From positions 1 to 31,295 of IMG/VR virus record IMGVR_UViG_3300048861_000049: a DNA stretch of 31,295 bases. One strand, written 5' to 3'. The notes under the pieces are model-generated. The model did no database searches and had not been told where the DNA came from. It saw nothing but the letters and a program-made list of their open reading frames with translations. Numbering within the stretch: position 1 is the stretch's first letter; each line of letters opens with the position of its first letter. The position numbers and the translations under genes were made by a program. Of this stretch, positions 1 to 8,757 are shown one piece after another. The DNA is from a virus. Lineage: Duplodnaviria; Caudoviricetes.

Positions 1-563
1 CCATCCGACGAAACGGCGGTGACGGTCGACCCGGCGGTGAGGCCGGCAAGCGTACCGGTCCATGCGGCACCGACTAGCGCCGTGCGCGGGGTTAGCGTGA
101 GCGGATCAAGCACGATGATGTCGGCGCCCGGCGTGAAGGTGACCAGACCATCGGAAGCCCAAGAGAACTGCGCGGTGACGTTGGTGCCGTCGGCGGCACC
201 GAGCTGCTTGTTCGTCATCACGAAATTGCCCTGGTAGTACCCAGAGTCGACGCTATCGCTGGCGTCCTCGCCCATGATGAAGCGATAGGGCAGGGACCGT
301 CCGCCGATCTGCCGGATGAGATCCGCCTGCATACGGTTGTAGAGGCCGGTGCCAGCGATATCGAACGAGGCACCCGTGACGTTGACGACGCGCGACGGGA
401 CGGAAGTGGGGTCCGAACAGTCGCGGATATATTCGTCACTGGTCTGGTAGGATTCGGTGAGGTTGCGGCTGGTCAGTCCGCAGATGGCCGTGAAGGTCGT
501 GCCGCCGTCGAGACTGACCGCGACATCGAAATAGGTACCTTTGACAATCGACGGGACCGACAT
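1..563 (-). CDS. Tail tube (major tail) protein, siphovirus/GTA-like, with C-terminal extension; 3' end runs off the window
   Basis: Not in the ORF track. My translation from ATG 563 (SD AGGAG): MSVPSIVKGTYFDVAVSLDGGTTFTAICGLTSRNLTESYQTSDEYIRDCSDP...TAQFSWASDGLVTFTPG, open to base 1. ICG..SR and RDC.DP are typical of this tube family, and it follows the tail terminator gene. Confidence 0.85.
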   Translation of the reverse strand, partial: MSVPSIVKGTYFDVAVSLDGGTTFTAICGLTSRNLTESYQTSDEYIRDCSDPTSVPSRVVNVTGASFDIAGTGLYNRMQADLIRQIGGRSLPYRFIMGEDASDSVDSGYYQGNFVMTNKQLGAADGTNVTAQFSWASDGLVTFTPGADIIVLDPLTLTPRTALVGAAWTGTLAGLTAGSTVTAVSSD

Positions 564-590
564 CGCGGATGCTCCTGTAAGTTTGACGGG

Positions 591-627
591 AGCGTAAGCG
601 TCGCAAACATGCAGGATTACGGCCGAT
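591..627 (-). promoter_or_regulatory. Late promoter motif copy 1 (ATCGGCCGTAATC-N18-TACGCT) upstream of the tail tube gene
   Basis: 13-mer at 615-627; -10-like hexamer at 591-596; same spacing as three other copies. Confidence 0.8.
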
Positions 628-633
628 GGAAAG

Positions 634-1077
634 CTATCCGGCGACCTCGGCGCGGAAGTTCACCACCGCATGCCAAGCCTCCGCTTCGGCCGAATCCTGA
701 AGCAGGTTCGAGCCGGTCCATGTCACTCGGGCCTTGAAGGTGTCGTCCAGCACGATGGTGACGCCATCAATGCAAGCGCCAATCGCCTCGGACATCCGGT
801 GCGCCTGATCCTCGGCAGTATCGATCACGCCGCCGGCCAAGTTCTTGAGCGGCTTGGCGAAGGCATGGATCGCACCGACCACGGCCGAGCTATCGAGGCC
901 GGATGCACGGAACGGCGACGACACCGGCGCGCCATAGCGAATGAACGGGAAGACGGGGTTCGCGCCGACCGTGCCGGGATAGATCTGGGCAGCTGGGATC
1001 AGCGCGGTGACGCCGGGATCTGCTTTCAGGCGCGGCAGGATCGCACGGCGGACGGGCAGGGCAAAGTCGGTCGCCAT
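634..1077 (-). CDS. Tail completion/terminator protein (DUF3168-like)
   Basis: LKADPGVTALIPAAQIYP...FPFIRYG and C-terminal WHAVVNFRA; lies just before the tail tube. Confidence 0.8.
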   Translation of the reverse strand: MATDFALPVRRAILPRLKADPGVTALIPAAQIYPGTVGANPVFPFIRYGAPVSSPFRASGLDSSAVVGAIHAFAKPLKNLAGGVIDTAEDQAHRMSEAIGACIDGVTIVLDDTFKARVTWTGSNLLQDSAEAEAWHAVVNFRAEVAG

Positions 1078-1490
1078 TACCCATTTCCTACACGGTTGAG
1101 CCCCAGCGCGATACGCTTGGCCGCCTCCGTTCTGTGCCGCTCCGTGGCGGGCCGGAGATAAGGACGCTCGGCCACGCGCGAATTGCCGAATTCCATGTCC
1201 TGCGCATGGTCGCTGTCTGCGATCACGAAGGCCTTGATGACATCCCCGATCTGGATCGCCTCGCCGGTGTGAATACTCGCGTCGAGGTCGTGCGTGTCCG
1301 CATTCGGCGGCTCACCCGGCAGTGAGGCGATATGGCCCGGCCCGCTGATCGCACCGTCGCGGATCGAATGGGCGGCGTCCTCGGCGATGATGGTGGCGGC
1401 GACGCCCAGCTCCTCGCCGATCACCTCTTCGGCCAGGGGCGAGATCATGCGCTGCAAGCGCGCGAGATGACCGCTGTCGGTGACCTTCAT
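1077..1490 (-). CDS. HK97 gp10-like neck/tail component
   Basis: Start moved to ATG 1490 (ATGA overlap). S.PGEPPNADT..L..SI and EFGNSRVAERPYLRPA motifs. Confidence 0.8.
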   Translation of the reverse strand: MKVTDSGHLARLQRMISPLAEEVIGEELGVAATIIAEDAAHSIRDGAISGPGHIASLPGEPPNADTHDLDASIHTGEAIQIGDVIKAFVIADSDHAQDMEFGNSRVAERPYLRPATERHRTEAAKRIALGLNRVGNG

Positions 1491-1864
1491 GCCCGGCGAC
1501 CCTTGCCGACGTACCCGATCCCCGCTGGATCGCGCTGGAGCGTGCTGACCTGCCACTCACCCGCGAATGGGCCGCTGGCTATCGAGACATTCGCATCGGT
1601 ATCGAGCGGACCGGTGAAGCTGGCCGAAAGGATGATGAAACGCACATCTCCGTCGGCGAAGCCCTCGCGCTGCTGCATCGCCTCGGTCGCGGCGTCGATC
1701 TGGACCTTGCAGGCGCGGAAAACGGGCTGGGCGGGCGTCACGATCGAGCCGCCGTCGTCGTAGACCGGATCGGTCTGGGTGATGATCTGGCCGTCGTAGA
1801 ACGGGGCGCCGAATGCTGACGCTGCCATGTTCGCGAACCCGAGGAAGGAGGATGGCAGATCCAT
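1487..1864 (-). CDS. Head closure / head-tail adaptor protein
   Basis: Beta-rich 125 aa between the connector and gp10-like genes; Y-D-D-G-G loop and W.V....RDPA C-terminus. Confidence 0.6.
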   Translation of the reverse strand: MDLPSSFLGFANMAASAFGAPFYDGQIITQTDPVYDDGGSIVTPAQPVFRACKVQIDAATEAMQQREGFADGDVRFIILSASFTGPLDTDANVSIASGPFAGEWQVSTLQRDPAGIGYVGKGRRA

Positions 1865-2307
1865 CAGCTACCAAACCCGAGCAATCCAAGGCGCCCCGGA
1901 TAGTGAAATGGCACATGGCCCGGCGACGTCACGCGTGGCCCGCTCTTCTCGCGATTCAGCGCCAGCTCGTAATCAGCGCCATAGGGCGTGCTCGACCAGT
2001 CGCTCGAAATCGCCTGCTTCACAGCGTCATCGGAGATGCGCGCAGAGAAGGTGCCACTCTTGAAGTCCGTGATGCCGGCAGCCGCAAAGCCCGCGGCATC
2101 ACCGCCCGTGGTCGCGACGCCGGCCTTGACCATTCGGTGAGCAGCGACCGCCATCTGCCCTTCGGGTCCGGTGTTCGGCCCCCAGCTTTGATCGATGTCC
2201 TTACCGACGACGTAGTTCAGCCACCACGTGATTGCATCGTCGTCGACCTGGGCGAATGCTGGATAGCGGATCTTGAGATCGGCCGCAGCGGGAGGGTCAT
2301 AGGCCAT
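1864..2307 (-). CDS. Head-tail connector (DUF4054-like)
   Basis: LKIRYPAFAQVDD.AI, AAH and WSSTPYG..Y..L motifs; position after the capsid genes. Confidence 0.8.
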   Translation of the reverse strand: MAYDPPAAADLKIRYPAFAQVDDDAITWWLNYVVGKDIDQSWGPNTGPEGQMAVAAHRMVKAGVATTGGDAAGFAAAGITDFKSGTFSARISDDAVKQAISSDWSSTPYGADYELALNREKSGPRVTSPGHVPFHYPGRLGLLGFGS

Positions 2308-2314
2308 GCCAGCG

Positions 2315-2351
2315 ACGCTATGCCGCGCGCCGCCGGAAGATTACGGCCGAT
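2315..2351 (-). promoter_or_regulatory. Late promoter motif copy 2 (ATCGGCCGTAATC-N18-TAGCGT-N7-ATG)
   Basis: 13-mer at 2339-2351, hexamer at 2315-2320, ATG at 2307; no SD. Confidence 0.8.
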
Positions 2352-2371
2352 GCAGGGTCAGAGCGCGCCCC

Positions 2372-4000
2372 TCAATTGACCTTCCACTGCATGTTCCACA
2401 GGCGCAGCGCGCTCGTGCCATCGCCCGTGTAGCCGCTCGAACTGGTGGAACCGACCGGCTGCATATTGACGGTCGCGTTGATCGTGCCCGCGCCGGTGAT
2501 GCTCTCGATGATAGTGCTGACCGTGATACGCCAGGCGTTGTTGTCGAGCTTGCGCGCGCTGCCGGTCGCATAGGTGAAGATCGTGCTGTTGCCCGTGACC
2601 TGTCCGATCGTGCCCGTATCAAGCGAGATGATCATGTCGGTATAATTGGCGTAGGTCTGGGTGTCGGCGATCACCAGACGGACGTTCCGGGTGCCGGCGT
2701 CGCGCTGAACATCGAACTGGAAGGTGTGCTTCTTGCCCGCCGTGGGTGTCAGGTTCCCGCTGTAAAGCTGGTGACTGCCGGTCGTCGTATCCTCGACAAT
2801 CTCTCGCGCGGCCGTCACGCCGTCCGGCGCGGTGACGTTGGTCGCGGTGCCACCGGCCGCGGTCATGCTGGTCGCGGCGACAGCGGTGTTGACCACGGTC
2901 AGCGCGGCGTCGGTCAGGAACGGCGTCATCGAATTGGTGAGGCGGAGATCGTCCACGCCGAGCGGCGAATAGATATCCGGGTCCATGCCCAGGAAGAAGG
3001 TGTCGGGGGTCACATACGCATATTGGCCGGCGTAGGCCGCGAACGTGACCCAGCCGCTCCACGCATCGCGGCGGCTCTCGGTGAAATCGATTTGCTCCTT
3101 CAACGCCATGTAGCAGGTGGCGTTATTGCCACCGCCAAACTCGCCGAGCAGCAGCTTGACGTTATTCGCCGCCGCCCATGTCGAGGCATTCACCATGTCG
3201 ATCGGCGCTTCGTTGCCGTAGCACGTGGTCGTCGTGCCGCCGTTCCGGTCGACATACTGGTGGGGCGAGAGGATCAGGTTGTTGACCGGATCGGTGAGGG
3301 TCAGCAGCGACGATCCGTTGGTGGGCGTGCCGGTCAGCCAGTTCTGCGCGGCTGAATAGCTGTTGCCGTCCAGCAGGATCGCATTGTTTGCGCCCGTCGC
3401 CCGGATCGCATTGATTGCGGCCTGATACGTCCCGAGCATCAGCGTCGTGTCGAGGTCGTGCGGCTCGTTGGTCAGCTCGAAAATGACGCGGGGGTTCGAC
3501 TTGTAGAGGTTCGCGATCTGCGCCCAGAACGAAGCGAACATCGCGTTGGTGACGGTCGACTGGCCGATGATCGCGCCGGCGTCGGCATCCGTGCCGCTCG
3601 TCTTGTATCGCAGGCTATCGTGGATATCGATGATCACCCACGCGCCGCGCGCCGTGAGATAATTGATCGTGCTGGAGAGGCCGGCCACGTTGGTGGCGTT
3701 GAGCGGACCCGCCGGCAATCCACCTGATGGCGCCTGGAAATTATTCCACGTCGTCATCACCCGGAACAGGTTGAACTTCTTGCCCAGCCAGTAATCTTCG
3801 CCGGCCTGCGCCGGCCACGTTGTCGCACCGACGAAGCGGTTGTTGCCCGCGAGGCTGATGCCCCGGAAGAAGGGCATCGCGGTGACCGGCGCAGCGGTGC
3901 CGGCGGACGGGCCCGGCGAAACCGTCTGCGCGACGATCGGCTGAACAATGAGGCTCAGCGATAGCAGCAGTGCCCAAAGCGCAGCGAAGAAGCGGCGCAT
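2372..4000 (-). CDS. Secreted glycoside hydrolase family 5 (endoglucanase-like) with C-terminal beta-sandwich (CBM/head-fibre-like) domain
   Basis: Signal-peptide-like MRRFFAALWALLLSLSLIVQPIVA-Q. GH5 motifs IIDIH, FELTNEPH (acid/base Glu), HQY and LLGEFG (nucleophile Glu). C-terminal TAPDG...A.EIVEDT domain. ATG 4000 overlaps the upstream TGA. Confidence 0.88.
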   Translation of the reverse strand: MRRFFAALWALLLSLSLIVQPIVAQTVSPGPSAGTAAPVTAMPFFRGISLAGNNRFVGATTWPAQAGEDYWLGKKFNLFRVMTTWNNFQAPSGGLPAGPLNATNVAGLSSTINYLTARGAWVIIDIHDSLRYKTSGTDADAGAIIGQSTVTNAMFASFWAQIANLYKSNPRVIFELTNEPHDLDTTLMLGTYQAAINAIRATGANNAILLDGNSYSAAQNWLTGTPTNGSSLLTLTDPVNNLILSPHQYVDRNGGTTTTCYGNEAPIDMVNASTWAAANNVKLLLGEFGGGNNATCYMALKEQIDFTESRRDAWSGWVTFAAYAGQYAYVTPDTFFLGMDPDIYSPLGVDDLRLTNSMTPFLTDAALTVVNTAVAATSMTAAGGTATNVTAPDGVTAAREIVEDTTTGSHQLYSGNLTPTAGKKHTFQFDVQRDAGTRNVRLVIADTQTYANYTDMIISLDTGTIGQVTGNSTIFTYATGSARKLDNNAWRITVSTIIESITGAGTINATVNMQPVGSTSSSGYTGDGTSALRLWNMQWKVN

Positions 4001-4479
4001 CACTGGCTTACAACCACGAAGGTCGAGCCGGCGGTGCTCGAGGTCATCGAGATCTGGTCGGACACGACGAGGCCGCCGGCGCTGGCGCAGCTGAAGGAGC
4101 CGCCGGACTGCACGGGAGTGGATGCCGCCGAGGTCGCGGATCCCGGTGCGCCGAGATAGACCAACTCGACATTCGCGGACGTGTTCGAGACCAGGCAGCC
4201 TTTGCGGCTCGTATTGGCGGCGAGCACCGACTGGTAGGTGTTGGCCGTGGTGATCGAGCCGCCCGCGCTGGTCGAGGTGGCTGTGCCACCGCTGGAAGAG
4301 CCGCCGATATTCGTCCCGTCAGGGTTGGTGACCGGGATTCCACGAACGCAATCGCCGGGAACACCCGGCTGGCAGGTGGTCGGAAGATAGGCGGAGACCG
4401 CCGCCGGAGGCACGGCATTCGCCGAAAACGAGAAGGCCGCGGCACCCGCGACAGCCAAGAGGAAATGTCGAAGGGCCAC
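4000..4479 (-). CDS. Secreted small Ser/Thr-rich beta-sandwich protein, partner of the GH5
   Basis: GTG start with SD AGGAG; signal peptide MALRHFLLAVAGAAAFSFSANA; four Cys; VLAANTSRKGCLVSN...VYLG beta domain. Confidence 0.7.
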   Translation of the reverse strand: MALRHFLLAVAGAAAFSFSANAVPPAAVSAYLPTTCQPGVPGDCVRGIPVTNPDGTNIGGSSSGGTATSTSAGGSITTANTYQSVLAANTSRKGCLVSNTSANVELVYLGAPGSATSAASTPVQSGGSFSCASAGGLVVSDQISMTSSTAGSTFVVVSQ

Positions 4480-4506
4480 GGCCTTGCTCCTGTAGTGGTG
4501 GCGCGA

Positions 4507-4821
4507 TCAGCTGGCAGCTGTCTCGCGGTGCAGCTCGATCGTGGCCACGATGTCGTTGTTGGTCGCGCCGTCCTCGATCGTGACGCCTTCGTCGGCGGCG
4601 ATCTGAAGAAGTTCGTCCTTGGTCTTGCCGGTCAGCCTGGGCTTCGCGCCGACGACCGGCTTCGCGTCTGGCGCGGTCCAGTCCGTTTCGAGATCCGGAT
4701 GGGCGTTGACCACATCCGAGTCGTCGATCTCGACCTCATTACCGGCCTCGACCAGAAGGTGCGCGCCGCTCTGAAGGAGGATGCCGCGCGCTCCAACGGT
4801 GTTGTTCTTGAACTTCGCCAT
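4507..4821 (-). CDS. Small head-associated protein with C-terminal HeH/Rho-N-like helical domain
   Basis: LTGKTKDELLQIAADEGVTIEDGATNNDIVATI; directly follows the major capsid gene. Confidence 0.65.
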   Translation of the reverse strand: MAKFKNNTVGARGILLQSGAHLLVEAGNEVEIDDSDVVNAHPDLETDWTAPDAKPVVGAKPRLTGKTKDELLQIAADEGVTIEDGATNNDIVATIELHRETAAS

Positions 4822-4824
4822 GAC

Positions 4825-5835
4825 TCAGATCTCATCCGTGAAGGTGATGGCCTTCGGGATGCGGTTCTCGTAGCCGCCGATGGCCATCAGGCCCGGCACC
4901 TCCCACGAGAACGGCCCCTTCTGGAACGGTTGCGTGTTGAAGAGCTGGTGGCCGCCGCCAGGCAGGTGGAAGCGGTGCACATCGTTGGTGTTCGCGTAGG
5001 CGATCATGCGCTTCGTGCCGCCAGCGCCTGCCGTCTCCAGCCGGAACGTGCGCTTGATGGTCGCCGCGCCGATCACCGAATTCGACTCGAGATAGGTCAG
5101 CACCGACATGCCGGTGTTCGTCATCGGCTTGCTGGCAAGGATGTTGTAGGTGCTGGTCGGCAACGCCACGGTGTCGGCGCGGTACGTCTCCAACGTGTTC
5201 GTCTCGACCGACGTTAGCGCCGTGTTGATGATCGCCACGTCCGAGGTTGCGGCGGACGATGCAGTGATCGCGGCCGCACCGGTCACCGTGGTGGCCAGCG
5301 GGTTGTTGAGGAAGCCCGTCGTGAACTTCAGGCCATCGCCGAGCATCGCGACCTTGTGGATGAAGCGTTCGGCCGAGGTGGTCGCCGCGCCGGCCTTGTC
5401 GGCCAGCACATTGATCCCGAGCTGCTGGCTGCGCTCCAGATCGAGCCGGTTCCACTTGTAGCCGATGCCGGCCATCCAGTTTTCCTGGAGGAACTGGGTC
5501 CGGTTGCTGTCGGCATACGGCATGTCATCGGCCGCGACGTCGAACCACTCGGGCTTGCCGGCGATATCGCCCGAATAGAAGATCGAGCCCGCCGACCAGA
5601 TCGTGCCCGCCGTGTCGACCGGCATATACGAAGCATAGTCGGCCAGCGGGTACTTAATCATGTAGATGCCCTGCTCGACGGTGAGCAGCTGGGGCATCAG
5701 GAAGGCGTTCACCTGCTGGGCGTCGTTCAGGTCGACGCCCTTGATCGCGTCGATGAAGGATCGGCAACCGCCATCCTGCGCGACGATGTGGGCAACAGCC
5801 GCCTGAACGGAGTCGAAAAATACGCGCTTGGTCAT
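4825..5835 (-). CDS. Major capsid protein (DUF2184 family, HK97 fold)
   Basis: Start moved to ATG 5835 (SD AAGGGGG). G..W...DLE...LG, GD...TGFLNNP and LETAGAGGTKRMIAY motifs; follows the decoration gene. Confidence 0.9.
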   Translation of the reverse strand: MTKRVFFDSVQAAVAHIVAQDGGCRSFIDAIKGVDLNDAQQVNAFLMPQLLTVEQGIYMIKYPLADYASYMPVDTAGTIWSAGSIFYSGDIAGKPEWFDVAADDMPYADSNRTQFLQENWMAGIGYKWNRLDLERSQQLGINVLADKAGAATTSAERFIHKVAMLGDGLKFTTGFLNNPLATTVTGAAAITASSAATSDVAIINTALTSVETNTLETYRADTVALPTSTYNILASKPMTNTGMSVLTYLESNSVIGAATIKRTFRLETAGAGGTKRMIAYANTNDVHRFHLPGGGHQLFNTQPFQKGPFSWEVPGLMAIGGYENRIPKAITFTDEI

Positions 5836-5845
5836 GTTCGCCCCC

Positions 5846-6295
5846 TTAGCGACGCACGATGCGGACGACGCCCGCAGCGGCAATGGTGTCGTCAAAGACC
5901 CAGCCGGCTGCTGCCGTATTGCTGGTCGAGACGTTGGTGACGGCGCCTGCCGAGGTCAGATAGACCGGATCATCCTTGTTCGCGGCGACGGTCGAATTGA
6001 CCCAGATCTTGCCGCGGTTCTTGACCGGCAGCGTGTCACCCGGAGCGTAAACGTCGGCGGCGCGGTTGGCCGTCACGACGTTGCCCTTGTGGGCGATCGC
6101 GAAGCCGATGAGATTCGCCGAGACGGTCAGCGAGCAACCGCGATCCGCGACGCCCTTGAAGACGGGCGCGCCGAACGGGCATGGCGTTGCGCCCTCCAGC
6201 GTCCGGGTTTCGATGTTGGACAACTCGCCGTCGGCTTCCATGCCGGGATAGCCGAAGGGAATGTCCTGGACGAAATTGTTCTGTACGACGGCCAT
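5846..6295 (-). CDS. Capsid decoration/cement protein
   Basis: GYPGMEAD, PFGAPV and V.NRGKIWV motifs; between scaffold/protease and major capsid gene. Confidence 0.8.
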   Translation of the reverse strand: MAVVQNNFVQDIPFGYPGMEADGELSNIETRTLEGATPCPFGAPVFKGVADRGCSLTVSANLIGFAIAHKGNVVTANRAADVYAPGDTLPVKNRGKIWVNSTVAANKDDPVYLTSAGAVTNVSTSNTAAAGWVFDDTIAAAGVVRIVRR

Positions 6296-6307
6296 GTCCG
6301 TGTCTCC

Positions 6308-7435
6308 TCAGGCGGCCTGACCGCGATGGGCATTTTCCTTGTCGGCGAGCCACGCCTTGCGGGCGGCCTCGGTCGCGACGCGGCTGTCACCGATGGTGAT
6401 CGGCTGATGCGTGATGGCGTCGCGGAGCGTGTCGGCACTGGCCGGCACCAGCGCGAGGAACGCGCCCTCGACCGCGGCGTCGGACATGTCCTTCGCCTTG
6501 GCGTCGCCCAGCTTAGCGGTGACGGCGGCCTTGCGGATCTCGGCGTCCGTCTTGCCGTCCACGACCAGCGCGGTGCCGGCGATCGCCTTGGCGTCGGTGA
6601 TCACCTTGGCGCGGGCATCGGCTAGCGCCTGAAGCTTCTCCGGGGTGATCGCGGCGTCGGCGACGTTCTGCTTCAGCACCACGATCTCGCCGTCGCGGGC
6701 TTCGATCGTGGTCTTGGCGGTCGCCAGCTCGCCTGTGAGCGTGCCCACCTGCTTCTGGCTGTCCGCGAGGTTCGCATTCAGGGTGCCGACCGCAAGAGCC
6801 ACGGCGGCGCCGTCGCTCAGGTCGACTTCGGCGTCGCCGATCTTGATCTTCATGGTCGTTTTCTCCGGGTTGAAGTCGTCGCGAAGATGGGCAGGGCGCT
6901 CGTCCACGATGCGAAGCTCGGAACCGCCGCGGGCCGTGCCGCAGAGCGCGAGGTGATTGACGCGGATGTCGCGCATCGAGCCGTCGTATTCGGCATCGCC
7001 GAACTTGCCCGGCGTCATGTCGAGGTCGGCCGAGTAGCCGAGGCTGAATTCCTGATGGGTAGTCCGCGCGGCCTTCACGCCCTTGGCGTCCATGACCATG
7101 ATCGGGATGCGCAGGAAATCACCGTCGCGCAGCACCTCGCCGCCGGTGTCACCTACCGCGAGCGTCTTCCAATTGGCGGCGCTGACGTCTTCCTTCGGGT
7201 GATCGATTGTCACCGGGCGGTGCGCTGCACTGGAAACGGCGTCCTTGGCGAACACCTCAGCCTCGGATCGGAAGATGCGATAGGGCGAGCCATCGGCTTT
7301 GGGCGCCATGCCCAGCTCAGACGGCATATAGTCCTGAATGTTATTCGCCTTGGCGACCCGCGCGGTCGCGACCAGATGCCCCTCCTTGGTCAGGCGGGCC
7401 GGTCCATCGATGAAGAGGCGGTCGTGAAACAACAT
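6308..7435 (-). CDS. DUF2213 prohead protease/scaffold protein
   Basis: PVTIDHP, EFSLGY and NHLAL..TARGG..LRI.D motifs, then a coiled-coil scaffold region. Start ATG 7435 fixed by promoter spacing. Confidence 0.88.
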   Translation of the reverse strand: MLFHDRLFIDGPARLTKEGHLVATARVAKANNIQDYMPSELGMAPKADGSPYRIFRSEAEVFAKDAVSSAAHRPVTIDHPKEDVSAANWKTLAVGDTGGEVLRDGDFLRIPIMVMDAKGVKAARTTHQEFSLGYSADLDMTPGKFGDAEYDGSMRDIRVNHLALCGTARGGSELRIVDERPAHLRDDFNPEKTTMKIKIGDAEVDLSDGAAVALAVGTLNANLADSQKQVGTLTGELATAKTTIEARDGEIVVLKQNVADAAITPEKLQALADARAKVITDAKAIAGTALVVDGKTDAEIRKAAVTAKLGDAKAKDMSDAAVEGAFLALVPASADTLRDAITHQPITIGDSRVATEAARKAWLADKENAHRGQAA

Positions 7436-7442
7436 GGGCCGC

Positions 7443-7479
7443 ACATTGGCGGCCCGAGGTGGTTGCGATTACGGCCGAT
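7443..7479 (-). promoter_or_regulatory. Late promoter motif copy 3 (ATCGGCCGTAATC-N18-CAATGT-N7-ATG)
   Basis: 13-mer at 7467-7479, hexamer at 7443-7448, ATG at 7435. Confidence 0.8.
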
Positions 7480-7697
7480 TAATGTTGCTGCACGCGCTCG
7501 ATCTCGACCATGCCATCCCGCATTCGCCCGCTGGGTAGCCACCCATACCGTGCTGCAATCTCAGCTTGGGCTCGGCTGACGAACGTCGCGCCAGACGAGA
7601 TGATGAGCGATCCATGCGCAATCTCTTGGCCGCGAATGTCGCCATTTTGGTTGCAAATATCGCCGATCTTCGCGGCGTAGAAGTCTATGTCAGCCAT
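7479..7697 (-). CDS. Small hypothetical protein (72 aa), moron-like
   Basis: MADIDFYAAKIGDICNQ... from ATG 7697; visibly lower-GC insert; no clear SD. Confidence 0.45.
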   Translation of the reverse strand: MADIDFYAAKIGDICNQNGDIRGQEIAHGSLIISSGATFVSRAQAEIAARYGWLPSGRMRDGMVEIERVQQH

Positions 7698-7744
7698 GGG
7701 GGAAACTACCACGCGAGTCGCGCGTGACCAATAGGGGAAGATGA

Positions 7745-7882
7745 ATGGACATCGGTCAAAGCAACGTTCTGAACGGGCATCTCCAGCGCATTCATACTGA
7801 ACTGAGCGGCAATCGCCGAGCCCTTGAGCGCGTCGCGGTTGCACTGGAGGCTCTCGTTAAGGTGCAGCAAGCCAAGAGCTAA
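7745..7882 (+). CDS. 45-aa helical peptide, opposite to the late operon (not in ORF track)
   Basis: SD AGGGG, then MDIGQSNVLNGHLQRIHTELSGNRRALERVAVALEALVKVQQAKS*. Its stop overlaps the gpF stop. Confidence 0.6.
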   Translation: MDIGQSNVLNGHLQRIHTELSGNRRALERVAVALEALVKVQQAKS

Positions 7883-8754
7883 CCAAGTACCGCCTCTTCC
7901 CAGCACTTGCAGAACGGCGGCACTCCAGCCCGATCGCTCGGCTCGGGTGCCGTCTCCTCATTGAAGGTCTGGCCATCACGAGCCTTGTGCCAATCGCGCG
8001 GATGCTTCTGCGCCGTGTGGTGCCAAATGAAGCTGGTCACGCTGGCCGCCGCCCGCCGGCTCCGATCCATCGCCCGGCTGAGCTTATCGACTTGATCGTC
8101 ACCGATGCCGGCGGAGCGCTTCTTCGCCTTGGCGATCGCCTCCTGGATCCGCGCCTTGATCTCGCTGGCTGGCACCGATGCCGCCGCGCCGGCAAGCAGC
8201 GCCGTGGTGATCCGGCTCTTGGTCTGCTGGTGCAGATCATCGGCAAGCGCGCTGTTCCACGCGGTCGTGGCCTGCATGTCGCTTGTGACGTCGGTCAGCT
8301 GGGTGAACATCGAGACGTCGAGACCGGTGCTGGCCTTCACGCGGGTGTTCCACTGCGCGCGGTGCCATTGCTCGACGCGCTGGACGATGCCGGGAAAACG
8401 GCGCTGGGCCATCTGCACGATCTGGGCGACGCGATCGGCGCTGATGCCGAGCTGGGCTTGGATCGCGACCGCGCCGCCGGCCTCGTAGGCGGAGATCAGC
8501 TGATCGATCTCGGCTGCCCAGCTGCGGGTGATGTCGAAATACGGAGCGGCGAGGTCAGCCTTCAGCGCATTCGTGGGCCTGATCTGGGCGAACCGGCGGG
8601 ACTTGATCCGCTGCTGCCGCACCAGCGCGGGCAGGTTGTAGCGGGCGGTGCTGGTCGGATTGCGGAACGATGCCAGCAGGAGCGCCAGCGCTGCGGCCTC
8701 TTGGGTCCGGTCGCTGCCTTGGTTCGCGTCGGTATTGGGCGGGGCGGATGCCAC
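7879..8754 (-). CDS. Minor head morphogenesis protein (Mu gpF / SPP1 gp7 family)
   Basis: FIWHH...HPRDWHKARDG..F and G..PFCKCW C-terminal motifs; position after the portal. Confidence 0.85.
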   Translation of the reverse strand: MASAPPNTDANQGSDRTQEAAALALLLASFRNPTSTARYNLPALVRQQRIKSRRFAQIRPTNALKADLAAPYFDITRSWAAEIDQLISAYEAGGAVAIQAQLGISADRVAQIVQMAQRRFPGIVQRVEQWHRAQWNTRVKASTGLDVSMFTQLTDVTSDMQATTAWNSALADDLHQQTKSRITTALLAGAAASVPASEIKARIQEAIAKAKKRSAGIGDDQVDKLSRAMDRSRRAAASVTSFIWHHTAQKHPRDWHKARDGQTFNEETAPEPSDRAGVPPFCKCWEEAVLG

Positions 8755-8757
8755 GAA

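Noticed and set aside
2372-4000. GH5 as the endolysin
   Set aside because: Motifs fit a glucanase family rather than a muramidase, and no holin or spanin is adjacent.
7745-7882. ALEAL shared between the 45-aa peptide and the Cro C-terminus, suggesting an antirepressor mimic
   Set aside because: A five-residue low-complexity helical match is not significant.
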